The notes beneath the pieces are model-generated. The model saw only the letters and a list, made by a program, of their open reading frames with translations, searched no databases and had not been told where the DNA came from. A DNA stretch of 64,000 nt. Source: Octopus vulgaris. Lineage: Eukaryota. How positions within the stretch are numbered: position 1 is the first letter of the stretch; each line of letters opens with the position of its first letter. Positions 54,245 to 64,000 of the stretch are shown here, piece after piece. Position numbers and translations under genes: made by a program. The stretch spans positions 187,612,001 to 187,676,000 of the forward strand of contig OX597815.1 of assembly GCA_951406725.2 (NCBI GenBank), given 5' to 3'.

Positions 54245-55571
54245 GATGGTGATGAGCTGGTAGAATTATTAGTGTGCCAGTCAAAATGCATAGCGGCATT
54301 TCATCCATTATTACATTCTAAGTTCAAATTCCGCTGAGCTTGACTTTGCCTTTCATCCTTTCAGGGTCGATAAAATAAATACCAGTGCTCACACTGGGGG
54401 CAATGTAATCAACTTGTACCCGCTCCAAATTACTGGCCCTTCCCCCAAAATTGCTGGCCTTGTACCAGAATTTGAAATCAATATTAGTGATTTAGTAGAA
54501 ACGGTAGAGTAACAGGCCTTACTACAGCACTTGGATTTATCCCTCTGTGTTCTTGTTTCAAATCCTGCCAAAATTATCTTGGCATTTCACTTCTCTAGAG
54601 TCAAGAAAAGGAGTGTTTTGTAAAATGCTAGAGTTAATTTTTATCAACCATTCCTATCTCCTACAAAAGTTAGCCATTGTGCCGAGGGAAATAAAGAAAT
54701 AGATATTAGAAAAATAAAGAAATAGATACCAGAATTTTAAACCAATATTAAGTGATAGTATATTCTATGATCCTGTTCTGAGTTCAAATTCTGCCGAACT
54801 TGACTTTGCCTTTCAGCCTTTCAGGGTCAATAAAATAAGTACCAGTTAAACACTGAGATTGATGTAATTATCTTGTGCCATCCCCTCAATTTGCTGGCCT
54901 TGTGCCAAAATTTGGAACCATTATCTGTGGTGCTTGTGAGAAATAATGCATAGTAAAATGCAAAAGATGAGTTGAGAGTAAAGCCTGTTTTTTTTATGTT
55001 CTGAGTTCAAATTCCACCAAGGTTGACTTTGCCTTTCATACTTTCGGGCTCGATAAATTAAGTACCAGTTATGTACTGGGGTTGATCTAATCGACTGGCA
55101 CCCCTCCTCCAAAATTTTCGGCCTTGTGCCTAGAGTAGAAAGGATCATTAGCACTCTGGGCAAAATGCTTAGCAGCATTTCGTCTGTCTTTATATTCTGA
55201 GTTCAAATTCCACCGAGGTCGACCTTCATCCTTCTGTGGTTGATAAAATAAGTACCAGTTGAGAACTGGTGTCGATTTGAGTTGGCCCTTCCCCCCAAAT
55301 TGCTGGCCTTGTACCAGAATTTGAAATCAATATTAGGGATTTAGTAGAAACAGTAGAGTAACAGGCTGGAATAAAATGCCTTACTACAGCACTTGGATTT
55401 ATCCCTCTGTGTTCTTGTTTCAAATCCTGCCAAAATCATCTTGGCATTTTCATTTCTCTAGAGTCAAGAAAAGGAGTGTCTGTAAAATGCTAGAGTTAAT
55501 TTTTATCAACCATTCCCATCTCCTACAAAAGTTAGCCATTGTGCCGAGGGAAATAAAGAAATAGATATTAG
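54245..55571 (+). mobile_element. Cluster of SINE B copies with a direct duplication of about 280 bp
   Basis: 54434-54710 is repeated at 55283-55571; several SINE B bodies in the same orientation. Confidence 0.85.
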
Positions 55572-56867
55572 AGATTTATAACATCGTTAGTAGTATATGT
55601 CTCTCTCAATGAGTTATGTCATTAGATAATGTTTCTAACTTAAACTCGATATTTTCTCATTGATAAACGAGACATAATTTATGATGATACAAATTATGAT
55701 AATTTTTTTTTTTTGTTGTAATAAAAACAGAAAAACATACAAAACTATTTTTTTTTTTTTTACCTTTGCAAATATAATATTAATTAGAACTATATGTATA
55801 TGCATTTATCATAGCAAACCACTATTAAAATACAAAGAAAATGATTAATGCAAGTTTCATTTTTAATATGGTTTTGTTTTTTTGTTTTTCTTCTCAGTAT
55901 TTTCTTCAATAGAGCTCCTTTTCATATGACAGCTGAAATTTCTAAACTAACATATGAAATTTCTGTATTTTGATTTGTAGTTGTGGGTTTGATAACATTG
56001 TATCATTTTCCTATATGGTCACCACATATTTTTGTAATCTTTAATTTTATTTAGCTTAGCAGCATAGTTTTATCTTTCAATCAATATTTGACACTCTTAA
56101 TCCTGGTTGTCGTTTTCACTGCTTTAGATTCATTTTTCTATGCTAGTATTTGTGCTCTTGTAAAAATCTAATTAGGAAATTTGCATACCGTTGGACAATT
56201 GATTGTACAGCTCGACATATATGAGGCTTGTATTCATAACGATATGAATGAACATGAACAGTCGTCAAGCAGCTATAACACAGTAACATGATGTCCTATT
56301 CTGTTTTTTATTTGAAATCAGTCAATATATTATGAATTCAGTCAATCCTATTATTTTCATGTCTTTCCTGATATGAAACCTATTTACTTTATAATGTTAG
56401 GTTACAATATTTCTCAAGAATATTTTCCACAAGCTGTTTCATTATTGTTAAGAACAAAAATATGAATTTCCTCTAATTTCAGATTGACATTAACTCTGTG
56501 TAATTATCATTGAGTAAATTTTCTAAATAAATAGAATTTATTTATAGTCTTGTCTTGTTGGTATTATGTTATTAGCCCTAGGTTTAATCAAACAGACCTA
56601 TGATCAAGTGCATTCCAGTACTGAGACCATCCTGTCTTTTTCCTAGGTAGTGCATCTATAGCCACATTATCGGATGTTTCTTTGTTTTCTAAGAGGGATA
56701 AGTGGCAGAAAGCTGCATGAGGTGGAGTGATAACAGATCTGTGATGCTGTTAGATGTCCAGAGCCACATGCACACTACACTGGAGGTATCAGTGGGTGCA
56801 TCTCTCTATCAGCCCGAGAGGTTCAGGAAAACTTTGAACCACTTCCTGTGATAGGGATGAGGGCCTG

Positions 56868-57141
56868 TACCTGACTGGCTCCCATGCTGGAGTCATGTAA
56901 AAAGCACCATTCAAGCATGGCCACTGCCAGTACCACCTGATTGGCCCTCATGCTGGTGGCACGTAAAAAGCACCCACTACACTCACAGAGTGGTTGGCAT
57001 TAGAAATGGCATCCAGCTGTAGGAACATTGCCAGATCGGATTGGAGTCCAGTGCAGCCTTCTGGCTCACCAACCCTCAATCAAACTGTCCAGCCCATGTC
57101 AGCATTGAAAGCAGATGTTAAACGGTGCTGATGATGATGAT
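56868..57141 (+). mobile_element. SINE family C
   Basis: Homology to 48845-49315 and (GAT)n tail. Confidence 0.9.
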
Positions 57142-57162
57142 TATAAGTAAGGAGTCAATTAA

Positions 57163-58391
57163 CCTTTTTGATACGAACCTTGCTGAAACTGCCTTTGGCT
57201 CTGTAGTATGAATGTCCTGTTTTCAAAAGTTCTGAATTAAAATCTTCCACCAAACTTTAGTCACAATTTATGTTCCTAACATTAGCTTAATGATAACTAA
57301 GTTATTTTTACTAAATTCTTTGTAATATTTAAATTTCATTGAAAGAAGCACAGAGCAACTCAACAGAAATAGGGTAAAAAAAAAAAGGTGAACAAATGAT
57401 TAATTTAATCCTTTTGATACTAACCTGGCTGAAACTACCTCGGACTCTGTAGTATATCTTGTTTTCAAAAGTTCTGAATTATAATCTTCCACCAAACTTT
57501 AATCACATTTTATGTTCCTAACATTAGCTTAACACAAAAAGCATGACTGGCTACAGTCGTGGCCGTCAGGCATAGGTCGACAGGCCACAATTGTGGCCCA
57601 GATAGTTACATTTAATTTATGGGTGTTTGTTGGGGTCTAATGTCACTCAAATGCTCCGATACCCCCCAGAATGCAAGGGGACTAATAGTTCAACTGATGA
57701 CTTTTCAGATAATGTAAAACTTACCACTTTTTTTTGTTTTTATGTGTGCATGGTAATCTCATTTTCATAAAATGTGCTCAGCAGTCTATGCTGTGTAAGT
57801 GCAAATCCCAGTGCTTTATGGGTTAATGATAACTAAGTTATTTTACTAAATTCTTTATTATATTTAAAATTAATTGAAAGAAGCACAGAATGTCTCAACA
57901 TAAATATGGTAACAAAAAGTTAACAAATGATTAATTTAACCCTTTCGATGCCAACCCACCTGAAACCACCTTTGGCTTGTTGTACAAATGTCTTGTTTTC
58001 AAAAGTTTTGAATTAAAATCTTCCACCAAACCTTTGTCACAATTTATGTCCCTAACACTAGCTTAATGATAACTAAGTTATTTTACTAAATTCTTTGTTA
58101 TATTTAAAATTAACTGAAAGAAATATAGAGCATCTCAACAGAAATATGGTAACAAAAAGGTTAACAAATAATTAATTTAACCCTTTTGATACCAACCTGG
58201 CTGAAACTACTTCAGACTCTGTAGTATATCTTGTTTTCAAAAGTTCTGAATTAAAATCTTTCACCAAATCTTAGTCACAATTTATGTTCCTAACACTAGC
58301 TTAATGATAACTAAGTGATTTTACTAAATTCTTTGTAATATTTAAAATTCATTGAAAGAAACAAAGAGCAACTCAACAGAAATATGGTAAC
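57163..58391. repeat. Tandem array of four family-1 MITEs
   Basis: Units of about 240 bp separated by conserved AACAAAT(G/A)ATTAATTTAA. Confidence 0.9.
57533..57822. mobile_element. TTAA element family 3 nested in array unit 2
   Basis: TTAA|CAC...GGG|TTAA; the empty site AGCTTAATGATAAC is present in sister units. Confidence 0.9.
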
Positions 58392-59050
58392 TATGTAAAC
58401 CCAGAGAAAATAAATGAGTTCAATATTTCCTCTGTAAATAAATCTTAACCGTGAACTGAAAGTTTTGAAACTGAAAGTAAATTGTAAGCAATGTGAAATA
58501 ATTTCAATGTGATTGTAGATGTACAATGCACAAAAAAAGGCTTCATTAAAATCATAAGGTTCCATAAATTAAAACTAGCTGCTGTGAGGTGTAATCAACG
58601 TGATTTCGACTTGAATCATTTCTTTGAAGCAGCTCAATTTCTGGGAATATTCTGCTGGATTAATGCCTTTTCTAGGAATGTGGACTGCCATGACCTCACT
58701 TCATTGTTACACATCAATTACTGACTGTAATTGTGTGTAACACTTCCTGTTTGACATGTGTATAATGAAATAGGTTGCAGGTTTACTTATAGGCTTGTAC
58801 TTATCCAGGTTATTAGTGATTCTGAATATGAATAAGATCAAATTCCAAATACTTAGTTGTGTCACTCCCATTCCTGCTCTGGAAGATATGTGGTGGATGT
58901 TCTCATAGTTACATCCTTTTCAAAAGCAGTATGAAATATCTTAAATATTTTATAGTACAGAAACACATGTTTTTTTTTAAGGTCCAAACATTCACCTGAT
59001 TCAGAACTCTTTGATTTCCAGCTGAAAAACAAAACCAATTTATTCATTAA

Positions 59051-59270
59051 CCCTTTAGTGTTCAGATTATTCTGTCAAATGTGATGTTTGTTTATTTAAA
59101 ATGGTTTGAATTAATCATGCATTATCTTGTAGTTTAGAGATTTCAGTGATGTGATTTTTTAGTTTTAGAATGACATGGTAGGGCTGAGGTAAGAGGCGAG
59201 ATCTGGTCAGTTTCAATAAAAAACAGGTTAAATATTTTGGCCAGATATGGCTGGTTTGAATGATAAAGGG
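59051..59270. mobile_element. TTAA MITE family 2 (complete)
   Basis: TTAA|CCCTTTA ... TAAAGGG|TTAA. Confidence 0.9.
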
Positions 59271-60128
59271 TTAATGTCTGCTCAATTCAAATCAACCTTG
59301 CTACTTTGTGTGGAAATGTTTGTATATGAACCAAACAAATCGTATTGAAAATATATCTTGTGAAGCAGAAAATACGATCAAGGATATAGAAATATTCCTG
59401 ACAAGAAGTAAATATCCTGTATTTGAACATGGGGCCAAAAGACATGGTTGGGAGAAAGGAACGAGAAGGCATGCTGCTTCAGGATACCCCACTAAAGTGA
59501 ATCTGCCTGCACTGAGGTGACCAGATACACTAAGAACTGAATATGCATCTCTTCTTGGATGTCATCTCTAAGATGCTACTTGTCCAAAAGTCAAAGAAAC
59601 TTTTAACCCTTGCAGATTATACACACTGGCAAATTGCCCATCTAGAAATGCTGACAAATATTTTTGTTCTTTCACAGTATAGTCAATCAAACACAAAGAA
59701 TTTTAACAAATTACACCATAGGTAGCACTATCTAGCCATTAAATATATTTATTAGGAAGTCCATAAATATGGTAGTCTTGATTGGTAAAAGACATTTTGA
59801 CAGCAACCTAAGTACAATAGTTATTGCTAACAAGACCATTGAGAGAAACAATAATTTATGTATTAAAGAAGAATGTTTATTAGTTGTCTGCAACCAAAGC
59901 TCAAGAATTGTTATGAACTTCTCAGTTACTAACACGTTATAAGTGGTATTTTGAATATTCCAGCTCACACATCGTTGCCTTACTCTGTATACAGTACAGA
60001 AATGGTTGTAGTGTTGTTTATAGTTTATTTGTCATTTCAAATTTTGTCACTTCATAATATTGACTTGTTAAAGCCAAAATATGGATTGCATTTCATACAT
60101 TTATTGCTCTCCAAATTTGTATTGCTAT

Positions 60129-60135
60129 TATCATC

Positions 60136-60222
<87 letters not shown>
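60129..60222. repeat. (CAT)n(TAT)n microsatellite
   Basis: Direct inspection. Confidence 0.98.
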
Positions 60223-60224
<2 letters not shown>

Positions 60225-60447
60225 GGCAGCAAGCTGGCAGAATCATTAGCACTCTGGACGAAATGCTTAGCAGTATTTTGCCTGTCGCTAGTTTCTGAGT
60301 TCAAATTCTGCTGAGGTTGACTTTGCCTTTCATCCTTTCAGGGTTGATAAATTAAGTACCAGCTGAGTACTGGGGTCGATGTAATCGACTCTCCCCCTCT
60401 CCCAAATTTTAGGCCTTGTGTTTATAGTAGAAAGGATTATTATTATT
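60223..60447 (+). mobile_element. SINE family B with alternative (ATT)n tail
   Basis: Head and central domain as in 27436; tail GGCCTTGTG..TATAGTAGAAAGGATTATT. Confidence 0.9.
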
Positions 60448-60991
60448 GAGTGAGAGAGCAATGCATGCCATCAAAGTGACACTGGGGTAAAATATACAAA
60501 GCCCAGTATACCCATCATGACTACCTGTCTGATAAGGGCATACCAGGTACATGCTTCACAACCATATGTGCGTGACATGGTGATCTTATATCAAGATAAA
60601 CAGCACATGACCTTGCAGGTGGGGCCCAGTTAGAATTTTCTTCTGGTCAAGTAGCCCATCCCACTCAAAATGTCCCTGAATAAGGATTGTTTAAGGATGT
60701 TGAACGAAACACCCATGTTTCCGAAAGTGAATTATCCAAACCCCAAAGAATTCCTCTCAACACATGGCTGCGATGCTCCCCCACTACTTCTGCTTGTGAT
60801 CAGAGATGCACATATCGTCAGCCACTAAGGGACATGCTCAACTGGTTACGGTCAAACAACTCGCAAGCAAATCTGTGGTATTGAGCAGAATATTTGCTGT
60901 AGCCCATCTTTTATACCAAGACTGAACAATGTACATGATAACACTTCCACTCAAGATAAAAGAACCATGTGAGCCAGTGCATTAGGGCATT
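60448..60991. mobile_element. Unclassified GC-richer interspersed element between (ATT)n tracts
   Basis: Sharp composition change, flanked on both sides by (ATT)n. Confidence 0.45.
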
Positions 60992-61520
60992 GATTATTAT
61001 TATTATTATTATTATTATCTTCTATCATTTGCTTGTTTCAGTCATTAGACTGCAGCCATGCTGGGGTACTGCCTTGAAGAATTTTTAGTGAAGTGAATTG
61101 ACCCTAGTACTTACTTTTTTTCTTTTAGCCTGGTACTTATTCTATCAGTCTCTTTTGGTTATGGGGATGTAAACACATCAACACTAGTTGTCAAGCAGTG
61201 TTGGGGGAGAAACACACACACACACACACACACACATGTATACAGAGATTCTTGGTTCAGTTGTGAAGGGAACTTTTTAACTTCAACTGGCAGAATCATT
61301 AGCATGCTGGACGAAATACTTAGCATTATTTTGCCTGACACTGCATTCTGAGTTCAAATTCTACTGAGATCAACTTTGCTTTCATCCTTTCGGGGACATC
61401 ATCATCACCATCATAAACTTCAATACTCATACATATCTTACATCTATTTTCTTTCCTCCACCTCACTCTCTATTTTGTATCACATCTAAACTAACTATGA
61501 CTTAACTTTCCTCTCACACC

Positions 61521-61572
61521 GTCTCCGATGAAGGGATATTATTAATTAATATCCTAGAAACAGCTGTAAGAC
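61521..61572 (+). ncRNA. Minimal hammerhead ribozyme motif, U4C variant; same family as 2535-2582
   Basis: GTCT-CCGATGA-A-GGGATATTA-TTAAT-TAATATCCT-A-GAAA-C-AGCT-G-TA-AGAC; downstream TATAAATGT..GCCTT.G..TCTCATT is shared with the 2.5-kb copy. Confidence 0.7.
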
Positions 61573-61799
61573 CTTCTATCTATAAATGTTCTAATATCTA
61601 TACAGCCTTGGTTTTTTTATCTCATTATGCAAAAAATTCTTATATACACACACTGACATAGAACCAACGTTAAAACCTTTATTCATAATATTACCGAATC
61701 TGGAACTTAACTATGGTCTGTCTATAGCACTTATTCAGCATTACCTAACACCTTTGGGTCTCAATGACACCATTATCTCTTATAACCTCAACTTCTTGC

Positions 61800-61812
61800 T
61801 ATATATATATAC

Positions 61813-61870
<58 letters not shown>

Positions 61871-63005
61871 GTATGTATATACATATATATGTATGTATGT
61901 ATGTATGTATATACATATATATGTATGTATGTATGTATATACATATATATGTATGTATGTATGTATGTATATACATATATATGTATGTATGTATGTATGT
62001 ATATACATATATATGTATGTATGTATGTATGTATATACATATATATGTATGTATGTATGTATGTATATACATATATATGTATGTATGTATGTATGTATAT
62101 ACATATATATGTATGTATGTATATACATATATATGTATGTATGTATATACATATATATGTATGTATGTATATACATATATATGTATGTATGTATATACAT
62201 ATATATGTATGTATGTATATACATATATATGTATGTATGTATATACATATATATGTATGTATGTATATACATATATATGTATGTATGTATATACATATAT
62301 ATGTATGTATGTATATACATATATATGTATGTATGTATATACATATATATGTATGTATGTATATACATATATATGTATGTATGTATATACATATATATGT
62401 ATGTATGTATATACATATATATGTATGTATGTATATACATATATATGTATGTATGTATATACATATATATGTATGTATGTATATACATATATATGTATGT
62501 ATGTATATACATATATATGTATGTATGTATATACATATATATGTATGTATGTATGTATATACATATATATGTATGTATGTATATACATATATATGTATGT
62601 ATGTATGTATATACATATATATGTATGTATGTATGTATATACATATATATGTATGTATGTATGTATATACATATATATGTATGTATGTATGTATATACAT
62701 ATATATGTATGTATGTATGTATATACATATATATGTATGTATGTATGTATATACATATATATGTATGTATGTATGTATATACATATATATGTATGTATAT
62801 ACATATATATGTATGTATGTATATACATATATATGTATGTATGTATATATATATATATATATTGATATATATATATATATTGATCCATTCTTGTTGCTTT
62901 TTTATATTATATATATATATATTGACCAATATATATATATATATATATATATATGATATATAAATTGATATATATATATATATTGATCCATTCTTGTTGC
63001 TTTTT

Positions 63006-63041
<36 letters not shown>
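61800..63041. repeat. Compound minisatellite (TATG)n-TATATACATATA units plus (TA)n
   Basis: Higher-order units of mostly 20, 24 and 28 bp; source of all the 330-400 aa ORFs. Confidence 0.98.
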
Positions 63042-63047
<6 letters not shown>

Positions 63048-63597
63048 TAACGAATGTCACCTAATTAATTTATTTCTTTTTGGGATCTGCAATGCATTAA
63101 ACCAATGTTTGAATACAATGATAGAGTGGAAATGTTGCTTTTTAGACATCATTCACTATTAATAAATTGATGTGTAATCTAGGCTTGGCCTATGTTTATT
63201 TTTGCAAGTCATTTGATACCAGACTTATGGATATTGGTTCTTTAACCTTGTTGGGATTAAATTTTTGTAACACACATATTAAAGTATCATTCTTATAATC
63301 TAAAGCCCCTCCTCAAATGGTATCAAATGACTCTGGCTTGGTTTGTCACAAAGTGGTATTTCTATAAAATGGATTTGATGAAAGAAGGAATTTGCTATTG
63401 GTTGAGCTGTTGTTTTGATCTCTTACCATTCACTTGTTTCAGTCCTTGGACTGTAGCCATGCTGGAGCACCACCTCAAATAAATCAACCCCAGTACTTAT
63501 TTTTTAAGGCTTGATTCCTATTTTATCTTTTTTGTTGAACTGTTAAGTTATGGCTGATGTAAACAAACCAACACTGGCTATCAAGTGGTGGCAGGAC

Positions 63598-63641
<44 letters not shown>

Positions 63642-63790
63642 CTCATCTATTTTTTAATTAGTATAAATCTTCCACTGAGGAGGGAGCCAGTTTCCAATAA
63701 AGAAACAAAGCTCCATCTTTGGAGTTAACACAGACAAATTCACATTTGGAACTTGAGAAAAGGCTTGCATATTTCTACTTTTCCACTTAC

Positions 63791-63862
63791 AGATAACACT
63801 TGTAATGTGTGAATCAGCCAATCGATTTCTCTTTCTGAAAATCCCAGTTTGTCCAGATTCTC
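63791..63862 (-). CDS. Candidate 72-nt internal exon ENLDKLGFSEREIDWLIHTLQVLS (phase 0/0)
   Basis: Acceptor TTTTGTTATTTAAAG, consensus donor |GTAAGT, amphipathic-helix-like translation; product not recognised. Confidence 0.45.
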
Positions 63863-64000
63863 CTTTAAATAACAAAACCTAGTGCTCCAATTATTATTGG
63901 TATGAATGTGAATTCATAGTCTGGATATAGAAGCTGGAGGTTTCAAAGCAGTTGTCCATAGATATCCTCTTTTTCTTTGATTTTCAAAGAGATATTTGTA

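Noticed and set aside
59308-59520. ORF faintly like the region upstream of a Gypsy/Ginger integrase
   Set aside because: No HHCC or DDE motif follows; too weak to call
61754-63010. Six 330-400 aa ORFs
   Set aside because: Stop-free translation of a TA/TG minisatellite in all frames

Overview
AT-rich, repeat-dominated eukaryotic intronic/intergenic DNA. The SINE, MITE and microsatellite complement looks like an Octopus (coleoid cephalopod) genome; that is recognition from memory, not a database result. No long genuine ORF is present: the ORF track is mostly microsatellite and SINE read-through. The window holds many tRNA-headed SINEs of at least five families, TTAA-, TA- and 8-bp-TSD non-autonomous DNA elements (some nested, one tandemly amplified), Helitron/Helentron-like elements and decayed RTE and CR1/L2-type LINE fragments. 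A few short candidate exons occur on both strands, but I cannot assemble or name a gene. The most notable signal is six minimal type-I hammerhead-ribozyme-like motifs, from about five distinct short Penelope-like terminal fragments sitting beside (TA)n/(AAT)n tracts. One has a compensatory U3-A8 core and one has a roughly 75-nt stem II. Several long inverted repeats could also form dsRNA.
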